Source of the DNA: Vitrella brassicaformis CCMP3155
Lineage: Eukaryota; Protista; Chromerida
Reading direction: 5' to 3'
Length of the DNA stretch: 64,000 nucleotides
Assembly (NCBI GenBank): GCA_001179505.1
Contig: CDMY01000698.1
Location: 186,001-250,000, forward strand
Position 1 is the first letter of the stretch. Each line of letters begins with the position of its first letter. The notes below the pieces were generated by a model, which was given only the letters and a program-made list of their open reading frames with translations, searched no databases and was not told where the DNA came from. Position numbers and translations under genes: made by a program. Below, piece after piece: positions 51,146-62,374 of the stretch.

Positions 51146-54117
51146 TTACACGTCCTGCACTGTGGTGCTGGGGGTGACGAGGACCGGCACTGTGGTGCTG
51201 GGGGGGGTGATGGTGCTGGGGGTGACACTGCCGCAGTAGGCCATCGTGGTGGTGGCGGTGGTCTCAGTGGTCTCAGCTGTGGTCGTCACGGTGTGGTCCT
51301 CCCCATCCTTGAGCTGCTTGAAGGCCTGACCACGGCCGTAGTCCTTGCCGCCGGTGACCAGGTGGTCGGGGAGCGGCTTGCCCACTAGGAACCAGAAGGC
51401 CACCGTCGCCACCACATAGCCGATGAAGGTCAGACCGTACTCGGGCATCCCGAAGGGAACAGCTATGTAGCCCAGACACAAGGCCAACATCGCACCGAAG
51501 CACGCATAAGGCAGCTGAGATACACAGCACACATACAGAGAGGGGTCGTGTGGGCCATGATGTGTGTGGCTCGCGTCGCGAGTGCATACCTGCGTCTTGA
51601 CATGGTCGATGAGGTTGCACCGAGTGGCCACCGACGACAGCACAGTCGTATCCGATATGGGGGAGCAGTGGTCACCGAAGATCGCGCCGTCCAACACTAC
51701 CAACACGCACGACAGACAGACAACACCCACACTCCTGGTCTGAAATGAAGCAGGTGATGTGTCTGCGAACCGACCTGCCGATGCGGTGAGGAATATGAGT
51801 TTGACCCCCAGTGGCGACAGGCCGAACCGCCCGCCCTCCGCGCGCTCACTCAGACGGTACGCAATCGGCACCGTCACGGGCAGCAAGATGCCCATCGTGC
51901 CCCAACTCGTACCTACACAGCACACGCACACACACACACGTCAGGGACGGGATGAACGGCGTCTTCGCTCAGCTCACTCACCGGTGGCGAGGGCACAGAC
52001 AGCGGCGAGGATGAAGGTAACGAGTGGAACGATGCGCGCGTCGACGTTGCCCATCAGCCCTGAGATCCAGTCGCCTGTGCCCATGCCGTCGCACACTTTT
52101 TTGATGCCCCACGCAGACATCAGCACGAAACAAGACGACAGCATAAACTGCAGACACACAGACAGACAGACATCCACCAACACAACACAAGAGACAACGT
52201 CATGGTGCTGACTGACTGACCTTGACGCCGTTGAAAAAGGCTATCACGCAATCCTCAACCTGAACCAACACACACACACCACACACACGGACAGACGCAC
52301 TGATGTGCCCTTCCATCCTCTCTCTGTCCATCCATCCTTTGTGCTGACTGACCTTCAAGATGCCCTGGTAGATGGGCATGAGCGACGCAATCAGCGTGCC
52401 ACACAGCGACACCACGAACAGCACATAGGAAGAATCGGCCGCGCCAAAGCTCAGTCGCCACGCGGCCTCATTAAAGATGTGAGGACCCCCAGGGATCTCG
52501 TCGCCCTCCTCCAGGATCATCGCTTGGCCGTTGAGGAACATGCCGAACAGGGTGCCCACGACCACGGCAACGAGCGGCACGACGCTGTTGTACCACCGCA
52601 ACGGTGCGCCGAGAGGCGGCTTGTTGGTCCGCCGACGGAACTCCTCGTCAGGAAGCGTCTCGCGGAGCCTCTGTGGCAGGCAGGCAGGAAGGCATCACAC
52701 CAACAACTGCATATTTGACGATCGGCTAATCCCTGCCTCTGTGCCCTCCCCACCGACTCACCTCGATCTCGTCTTCGTCAGCGTTGGCCTGCTGGTCCCA
52801 CAGCCGGCCGGTGGTGAGGGCACGCCTCTCGGCCGCCAGCATTGGGCCCCAGTCGCGGCGCATCAGCGTGCCCAACACGATCACGAAGAGTGCGGCGTAG
52901 CAGTAGAAGCGGTAGGGCAGACAGTCGATGAACATGGCATAGCCATCCTCACCCAGATTCAACTGCAAGCAAAAGATACAGACAGACATAGGATAGGCAG
53001 ATGGGAACGAAGGCACGGGAAAGCAACAAACAGAAAGTAAGTGCCTCTGGTCTAGAGAGGTCCGTGTGAGAGCATGTGGTTTCGATCCCCCTAACCTCCT
53101 TCGAGACGTCTTGCAGCAGGCCGACCTCGAAAGAAATCCACGTCGAAATGACCGCAACACCAGCAACTGCACCGCGCACGCACGCACCGACACGCACGCA
53201 CGCACCATCACCGACCCCCAGGAGGCTTCTCCAGGTGTGTCAGGGCTTCTTACTGGGTGCAGCGGTAGAGTCCACGAGGTAGGCGAGCTTCTCGCGTGAC
53301 ACGACCATGCGGTCGCTGAGCGGCCGGATGGAGTTGCCGACCACGACTGAGTTGCCGTAGTCGTCGAAGAAGAAGACGATTCCCATGATGAATGTGGCGA
53401 TGCGGGTGGTGTAGGGGGTGCGGGCGAACCGCATGATCTGCTGCACCAGGCCGTCCATCCCCCCAGACCTCTGCATGATGGCAATCATCCCACCGATGCA
53501 CATCGAGAAACCCAGGATACGCGCATTGAACGTGTCCCACAGGACACTGACACACACACACACACCGCCTCAGGCTCCTGTGCGTGTCTGTGTCATTGAT
53601 GGTGTGTACTTGAAGTAGTAGTGTTCAAACACGTCCCAGGGCGGGAAGGGCTGCGCCGACTGCACCCACAGGCCTCCGAAGACGACACCGAATGTCAGTC
53701 CCCAGATGACGTCCCGGAACACCGATGCGTAGGCAATGGCGATGACGGGCGGGAGAACAGACCACCAGCCGCCGTACCACCACGGCTTGTCGTTCCCCTC
53801 CCCCTTCTGCTGCTGCACGTCGCCGCAGCAGGGCTCTGAGATGATCGCCAGCACGGCGCAGAAAGCCGCAATAATGCCCAAGAAAATACACCACTTCTGC
53901 ACACGTCAATACGCGACAGCCAAGGAATCGAGGGACGTCCGTGAGAGATCCGTGTGTGTGTGTGTGTGTGTCTGTGTGTTATGCGGTGTGGTCGGTGGCT
54001 GACCTTCCATTTGGCTCCGAAGAGGCTGTATAGGCCTGCTGTGGTTCCTGCTGGTATCCCCTTGAGGGAAGTGGCGAAGTCGGCGCAGTGGATAGGCTCC
54101 AGATCATCGGCCTCCAT
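51146..54117 (-). CDS. nhaC: Na+/H+ antiporter NhaC-family membrane transporter; ~13 exons
   Basis: Family motifs [61 protein letters not shown] and [19 protein letters not shown]...DHVKTQ|LPYA; many hydrophobic segments. Confidence 0.92.
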
Positions 54118-54499
54118 GGCTGCAGCACGTGATCACCTCCCTCTCTGTCGCTTCACCCACCTCCTCACGTCTGCGACATACACCGATTACAGACACAGAA
54201 CACGCCACCATCTTGACACCATCGTCAGCTCCGCATCTCCACTTCTCTCCCAACGCGCATACCTGTCGTGATTCTTCGTGTTTGGCCCTCTCCTTGAGGA
54301 TGGTGGTACAGATCTCTGTCAGGAGAGCGAGCCCTCCTTCGCCTCACACTTGCGAGCTTAGCCACGGAGAGAGCGGTTTCACGCAATGTCCTAACTCGCC
54401 CGAAGCGGTCCTCGATCAAACGAACGACATGCAACAGGAATCACCCACGCACGCTCCACATGCACAGAGGAACCCAAGGAGGAGCTTAGCCGGAAGATG

Positions 54500-57400
54500 C
54501 GAGCTCAGAATTTGTTGCACATAGACGTCCGTTTGTGGCGACTTCGATCTTTTCCTCTCCAGACTGCACGGTGGATCTGAAGAGCTCTGTGCCATCCCAG
54601 GTGGCGGCGAGATCATCGCGATGAGTCGGCAGAGAAGCTGCAAGACGGCGGGTGCCGACCCGCACCTGAGTCAGAGCGACGTCGATGCTCTCGCGACAGA
54701 TCTGCTGTCAACGGATCCCACCATGGCAGCCGCAGCAGCCAGGGGGATCGTCAGCGCTGACGCGAAGGGGACTCTTACGAGTGAGCACATCCGTCGCATT
54801 GTGGCCACAGCTGCTATACAGCAAAGATGGTCTCCGTCGAGCGCTACTTCGGCTGGCGGACGACAGCGACAAAGAAGCGCGGAACGGCATCGCTTTAGTG
54901 CTCCCAATTTTTCTTACGACGATCCGGTCCACTCTTCCCACTCTGCAGCCATCTCAGCTCGTCGCTGTGGCCAACGTCGTCATTCAGACGGTCAGCACCA
55001 CACGGAAGGAGCTGACGGCGGGTGGCGAAAGCGACCAGCTGCAAGACCAGCTGCAAAAGTGTGTGATGACTGTGCGGCTGGCGCTTCTGGCTTACGTGTT
55101 TCGGGCGGTGCGGCAGGCTGCACCACGGCAGTTCGCGGCTGTCCGCGATTCGTTTCTGGCTGACCACCTGGCGACTCTCAAGCAGTACCTGACACTCATG
55201 GCAAACAAGAATTTTCTGGGTCTTATGGTTGAGGCCTGTGATTCTCTGTTTTCGCCGGAGGGGAGCTACCCGGATCCCTCCCCGATCCCCCTGCGTCTGG
55301 CCCTTCCGCCGATGACACTCCTGACGGAGTATGTGGCGCAGCTGGCAGAAGGGGCGACTGACATGAGCGCAGAGGGGTGGCGGCGGGCAGTTGATTTATG
55401 TCACGTGGCTGCAAGTGCAGCCCTTGTAGCATCGAAGCAGCCTGACAGATGTAAGTCGGAACATAGTGAGTACTACACAGGTGCTGACTCAATGTTGTTG
55501 TCCGTTGTCTTTCTGTGTGCGCGCACCCATCCATCCAGCGGTCGGTGGGAAGGACGTCAAGCGACTGGTCGAGCAGCACCTTTTCGCACATGTGGATGAG
55601 CTCGTGCGCATCATCCTCACGGCAGAAGGGGTCACGGTGGGTGTTGCGGCTGTTACCCTGAGTAGCCTGTCCGGGTGTGCCTTTGCACTGAGCGCGCAGT
55701 GGCGCTCCCTTCTTTCCGCCTTTCCCCTGTCGTCGTGGCGGCCACTTCTGAACAACCCACAGCCACTCGCCAAGGCAGCCGCTGCCATCCCTACACATGA
55801 CATAGAACGCTCGGTGATATGTGATCTGCTGGCGGTGCCCGCGAAGGTGGCCGTGGGTAAGGTGCACAGAGGACGAGGGGACATGTGTGCAAACGGTTGG
55901 TTGCCTGATGTGCTTCTATATGTTTGGTTGGGTGAGCAGCTTCGGATGACATTGACACACTTGGTGCCCTGGCAGAGGCTCTCTGTCGGCTGCTGCTGGA
56001 ACCCCTGTCGTCAGCAGGCGTCAAGGCCATCGTCACCGATCTGAAGCGCATGCTCGAGTGAGTGAGTGAGTGGACGCATTCGGTGGTGGGGCCAAACGTA
56101 ACGTCGTGCTACATGATTTTTTGTGTGTGTGTGTGTCTGTCGTTGGCTGCCGTACAGGTGTGGTGACGGTATGGTCGCTCGTGGCAAAGCGACAAGCAAC
56201 TCTCTCATTGATCAGATCGCGCATGTAAGTAACCAAAACCCATATGTCGATCGCCACGTGTCCGTGTCTGTCTGTGTGTGCGCTTTATTGCCAGTGTGAG
56301 GCCGTCCAGCAGCTGAGACGCCGCCGTGACCTGTCAATAGAGGTAAGCGACGCAGCCAACGAAACCACACGACCAAACGAAACGAGTCGATGGGTGCCTC
56401 TCCGCTGATACCTCCGGCCTTTTGTACAGGTGACGTCATTCATCCAGTCGCTCCCAAAGACGGTCAAAGTGTGCAGCAGCTCAGCCGCGACGGACCGATC
56501 GCACCGCCCAGCCAAACACAAGACAGCCGCGCACACCCATCAGGCGTCAGGGCCTCCTCCGCCGCCCCGCTCCCCCTCGCCGCAGCCCTCATCACCCGTC
56601 GACGCCGATGCGCTGGTGGACGGCCTGCTGTCTGACGATATCGAGACGTTCACCTCGGCAGGCAAAGCCATCGCTGACCAGGTGACGACTGCATTGGCCA
56701 AGCGGCTGGCCGTGCGGGTCGGAAAAGAGAAGAAGCTTTTCCGTCGCCTCCTGATGCGCCTGGTGGATAGCGGAAACGAGAAATGTCAGCTGGCGGCCGC
56801 TGACCTGCTGGTTAGCCTCTTCTCTCATGGCCTCCTGGAGCACATGGCCCCGTCAGATGGCGTGCGGGCCGTCCAGGACATCTTCGATATCCTGACGTGG
56901 GGGGATCTTGAGGAGGGAGGAGTGGGAGGCGACCTGGGTGGGGAGGTCGACAGCATCATCTCGTCTGCTATCGTCGAGGCATCGTCAGGCGACGAGCCGC
57001 TGCCCCGTGCCGTCGACGTCGTGACGTATGCAAGACTCCGGCTCATCGAAGGAGCTCTGCAACAGGCCACCTCCCTTGAGGCGGCAGGACGGCTCCAGCT
57101 TCGCGAGAGCTTCTTCCAGACCCATCAAACAACCCTCCGGCAGGTGTTGGCGATCATCCGCGAATACAGACATCGACTAGTGGCTGGAGCGGCCGTCGCT
57201 TTGCTGAATGTGCTCTTCACGCCCAGCCCCCTCGGCCCCAGCCCTTCGGTCGTGCTCGAGTCCTTCTCATTTTCGTCGAGAGCCTGAAGCAGCTGCGAGA
57301 TGAGCAACCAGCGAGGACGAGGCTCTTAGTATCGCCACTGATCCGGGCTGCAGACTACCTGTGGGACTCTCCTTGCGAAGGTCAGAAAAGTGCAGGTCGA

Positions 57401-60400
57401 TGCGTTCTTTGCACAAGTCTGCTCTCTCTTGTTTTGACAGGCATTGTGGAGGAGTGGCCGGCCATCAAAGCGGCTCTCAACACACACGTCTACGCCCATC
57501 TGGACACGCTGGTGTCCCGCATCAAAGCGTCCGATCCTTCCTCTTTCCTGGGCTTTGCGACAATCACCATAGTTGGAGCTCTTTTCGAGACCGCTCTCAT
57601 CCTCTGCGTCCGAAAGAATAAAGGTATGAGGTGAAGGAGACTGATACCTGTGGGGTATACATGTGTGTGCAGGTGGCCCTTTGCAACAAGGCGACTTCGG
57701 CAAGTACATCGAGCAAGCCGGGGTGGTGAGAACACTCGCTGCTGCCCCGCCCCCGATGCAGCCACTTCGTGCTCTCGTCCTGGATGCCACACTGGGAGAT
57801 CGGGTGGCCAACGCGTTGGACATGGACTGCAGAGCGCACGAGGATCCAAGGAACTTCTTGGCAGATTACATCACGGCTGCTCTGGTCACGTCTCTGGTCA
57901 TCCCAGCCATGGCCATGATAGGTGAGTCAGTCCGTCGGCTCACCTCCCGGGGTTCTTCAACCATGCGTGTGTGTGTGTGTGCAGATGATGGAGAGGCCGG
58001 CAGACTGATAGAGTCGAGGTTCGTGTCCACCCTCATCCCGCTGCTGGGCAGGGCGGAGAGGACGAGCGTGACTATGATCGCCCTCTGCATGCGCTGTGTC
58101 ATGGGACTCAGTCAGAGAGATCGGAAGGTCAGCAGAGGAAGGTCACTGACCTCCCATCTCATTTGGACCTGTGGTGCGTTTCTTTGTGTAGGTGTTGGGG
58201 ACCGATGGACTGGCAAAGGTCATATGTGACGTGCTGCTCAAGGACGCACAGGGACAGCTCCTTCTCGCAGACGTCCTCCGTGACACTGACCGCAAGACGG
58301 CTGTCGACATTCTCAAGAGCATCGTCAGGTCAGCCGTGTGCTGCAGACAGGGAAGTCCGACGCATCCTTGAGTGTGTCTGTTTGTCGCTGTGTCATGTGT
58401 GTCAGCTATTGCAAGTCACTGGTCGTCAAAGGAGCACCGAATCCCATCGTCGGACAGATACTGCAGGTGTGCACGCCGAGGGTCGTGTGTGCTGTGCCCA
58501 CCCGACTGCCTGTCTGTGTGCCGCCATGTCAGTTCAAGTCCGTCAAGGCGTTGTGTGACCCCACCAGCGGCATCGAGGTCTCACGACATGTGAGCAACGC
58601 TCCTGCACAGCACGAAGCTCTCCTCTTCACCTCTCTCTGCCACATCAGGTGTCGGATTTCTTGGATGCCCTCGCCCAACAGCACCAGAAGGATACCAAGG
58701 CCCAACCCAAGACCGCCGCACAGCCAACCATTTCAGCCGCCCAGCTGGCGGCCCAGGACGCCAAAGCGAAGCGGATGGAGAAAGCCCTTCTCGAGCAAGA
58801 GCGCCGCGAGAAGGAGGCCAAGGCGAGAAAGGACCAGAAGGCCAACAAAGGAAAGGGCAAGACCAAGAGAGGCAAGGCCACAAAGGGCGGCAAGGGACAG
58901 CAGCTGGATGCTGCAGGTGGGGATGAGGCGAGCCCCTTTGATCCGATCATGGAGCCATCGGTGCCCTCCACCGCCGCATCCACCAGGTAGGGAAGCCATC
59001 CACCCACTATAGTGCATGGTGCATATGGTGCATGGCTGATGGAACTTGTGCCTCGTGTCTATCGGTGGATGTGCAGTCGGGCTTCTGCTGCCGATGAGGC
59101 GAGTCAGCTGGAGCCCTCTTCGTGGATCGCCGACACGTGAGCAATCCATCCGCTTGACGAGATCCCCTGACACGTTTGATTCCTGTGTGTGTCTGTCGAT
59201 CCCTGTTTTTGCAGGTCTGGTGCGTCTGGTGTGTCATCCGTGTCAGTCGCTGGGGGCAGCGACCTGCCTGGTGATGGTGGCGATTCAGCAAATTCGGCGG
59301 CTGTCGTAAGTGATGATGATGAGGACGGCGACGCTATGCTGATCAACTCGGCGTTCGGACAACACGCGCGGCAACAGAGGAACCAGGGCAAGAAGAAAAA
59401 GACAGAAGGCAAACACAACACCAGGCCCACCCCGACGCCTACATCTCAGCCGAGCCAGCCGTCTCGCCCCTCACTCCCACCCGCACTCAGGACCAACCAG
59501 ACTGGGCAGATTGGGCGCCCTCCACTTGCCGCCAATGAGGATCGTTATCGCGGCGGCACAGCACCCATTCGGATGCCCGCACCCATCCCCCTCTCAAGCG
59601 CCCACTTCCCCAAGGGTCGCTTCAAGATGTCACCTGGCAATGGGGGGCTGGCCCCTCCTGTGCCGAAGCGTCCCATGATTCCCCGTCCGCTGCTGTCTGA
59701 CGATGACAGCCCGTCTGGCTGGGCGTCGCCTCCCCTCCGGCCAATGGGAGGTCGTGGGGCGGGGAGGGGCCGCATGACCATGTTTGCCCACCGCCCGCCC
59801 CCTCCTCCCTCCATCCCGTACTCCCCATTCCCGTCGGCTGAGGAGCTGCGCAACAGATCATTACTGCAGCACACTGGACAAGACGACCAACAGCAGCCGA
59901 CACGTGCCGAGAGGCCGAGGTGGGATGGTCGCAGACAACGAATGTCGTGATGTGATCGCAATGATGGCTTCTCTCCTGCTGTGTCTGCAGTCTGTCTACT
60001 GCTGGTCCTTCGCTGAGTCGCTTCTTCGCCCATGCGCCTATCGGGCCCGGCCAACCGGCTGCTGCTGCCGCTGCTGGCGGACCTGGCGCTGGGGGGCTGT
60101 CAGCTGATCTGTTCTACGACAGTGAGGGTGACGACATGTACTGTGTGCCGCCCCCGCCGGCCTTTTCAGCACCACCTGCGCCACACTCACCGATCGACCC
60201 AAGGTGACACGGGCGCGACACCCACATCAACAACGCTTGTACCGATGAGTGCTTGCTCCATGCCTATCATGCTGTGTAGTGCTTTCCATCGGATGGGTCC
60301 CTCGATTCCTGTCAGCTACAATGACGGCCCCCAGCCGTCCGGCGCCCCGTCAGATCCGTTCGGTATTCCTTATCCCCTCCCGTCTGGCCCACCAGCACCG

Positions 60401-61905
60401 GCATCTGCTGCTGTTGCTGGTGGTGGCTTGTCGGCTGACCCGTTCTATGGCTACGACAGTGGTGATGACGATATGTATGTGCCGCCCCCGCCGCCCATAT
60501 TTGAGTATGAGGAGGAAGGGTACCAGCCGCCCTCATCGAGCAGTCCAGCCGACCCCTTCGCTGCGGCCCAGACGGCCGGGACCATGCAGGGCGGCAATGT
60601 CGGGGCATCCACAGGGTATACAGATGCAGGCAGAGAGGAAACCGACAGCACGTATCACTCTGTTCCTCTGCTGCTGTGTGTTTGTGTATAGGTTTGGTGC
60701 GGGGATGGGTGCTGGTGCGTCTGGGAGTGAGGAGCTTGTCGATCAGCTCTGCCGCCAACTCGAGCAGAAGGACCAGGAGGCCAAGCGGAGAGCCCGTGAG
60801 GCCAAGCGAAGGGCTCAGGAGCTGCAGGAGGCCCGGGAGAAGGAACAAGAGGCCAAGCGGAATGAGGAGGCGCTAATACGCCAGCTGCAAGAGGCGCAAT
60901 GGACGTAAGGAAAGCAATGGGGGGCCTCGCCTCTGTCTGCATCCATACGTATCTCTCGCTCTCATCAGGATTGCCAAAATGGCCGCGCAGCAGTCATCCC
61001 ACCACCACCACCAGCACCAACCTTCGTCCAGCAGTTCATCGGCCCCCCCGCCCCCCTCCTCATCATTCGCCCACCCTCACCCATCCACACACGCCAACAC
61101 AACAATGCACCAGCACCAGCAGCAGCATGACAGTGGGAATTATGACGACTGCGACGTGTGTTTTGGGGAGCACGGCCAGGCGACCATCATGTACGTCCCC
61201 TGCTGACACATGCGTGTGTGTCCCCACTGCTATGAGGACCGCAAGGCCGCCTGGCAGCGGGAGCTCAGCCGAGTGAAGGCGGAGAACGACCGCCGTCGCG
61301 AGGAGAACGAGGTCGCCAGGAGACTTAACGAGACCCGCAGCCAGGAGGAGCAGATCTCGCTGGTGAAGCTGCTGGATGAGCCCGAGTACACCTGCGAGCA
61401 CTGCAAGGCCAAGGTGGAGTTCGCCGGCACCGTGGACGATTGCATCAAGTGGGTGGCCAGACCGTTCAAGTGACTCACTGACTGTTCGACGGACGTGTGG
61501 AGGAATGCTTTCGCGGCTGTGTGCTCCGTCGTGGGCGGATCGATATTGAGAAAGCATGGTCATGTGAGTGGGGAAGCGTGTGGGTGTTTGTTCTGTGTGG
61601 CGTATCAAGCAAAGGCGTACACACAGCGCAGGTATCTTGTCGTGTGAGTTTGTGGCCGTTTTTGTCTGTCATTCGCTCCATTGCATACACACACACATAC
61701 GAACGTCTGTGTATGTCTGCCCCTTTATGTATGTGCCTACGTGTGTGTCTATGTGTGTACGTATTGGCGGCCTTCCATGCGTCCGACCCTGTGCATGTGC
61801 GTCCACACACTGCTCGCTGCATGTCCGTGTGCGTGTCCATGTGCATGCCGGCATGTCAATTTATGCAGACAGACAGACCAACACTTTGGTGCGTGAGGAC
61901 CTCTG
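54500..61905 (+). repeat. Right arm of ~7.5-kb inverted duplication (partner ~9640-17150)
   Basis: Same exon/intron order as 9.6-17.1 kb in the opposite orientation; introns also align from ~56250 onward. Confidence 0.93.
54621..61473 (+). pseudogene. Copy C of the helical-repeat/RING gene; disrupted
   Basis: Starts MSRQRSCKTAGADPHLSQSDVDALATDLLSTDP. Lesions: a 1-nt frameshift at ~54800-54810 (EHIRRIV then PQLLYSKDGLRR in the next frame), a frameshift at ~57255-57265, and TGA at 61204-61206 inside the RING (YVPC*HMRVCPHC; copy B has PCRH). Terminal stop at 61473. Confidence 0.85.
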
Positions 61906-62374
61906 ACGGAATGGACTCGACTACTCAATTCTCTCAATTCCTACTCGATCCTCTCGGGCCGCCCGTGCCTGCTCGTATGTTGCCGTCGTTCGCAGCGCGT
62001 TGCATATCCATCTGTTTGCCCATACACACTTATATTCGAGTCGACCATTCATTCCGTCAGATCCACGCACATAAATGTCGAGCAACAGGCAGGCACAGTG
62101 AGCACACACAAACAGGGAACTCATCCGAGAAAGCCACATCTGTATCTGTCTGTATGTCTTAGACACGAAATGCCGCCAAAGTCAGACGATTGGGAAGCCC
62201 GTCCTCTCTCCTCCTCTCTCTCGTTGTGTCGCCCCCCACCACCCCTCCGAGCCACGCTGAATGGGCAAGTCACGAAGTGTATGAACATAACACAAATACG
62301 GAAAACACAACAAATGCAGGCTGCGTGCTGCTTAGTTAAGTATACAATGACGTCACATCACACTCACACACACT

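Noticed and set aside
1656-61206. Stop-codon reassignment as the explanation for in-frame stops
   Set aside because: The stops replace different residues (Leu, Trp, Arg), co-occur with frameshifts, and none occur in the intact genes.
9640-61905. Inverted arms as terminal inverted repeats of a giant transposon
   Set aside because: The arms are diverged, intron-containing gene copies, a third copy exists in direct orientation, and I see no transposase, integrase, polymerase or TSD.
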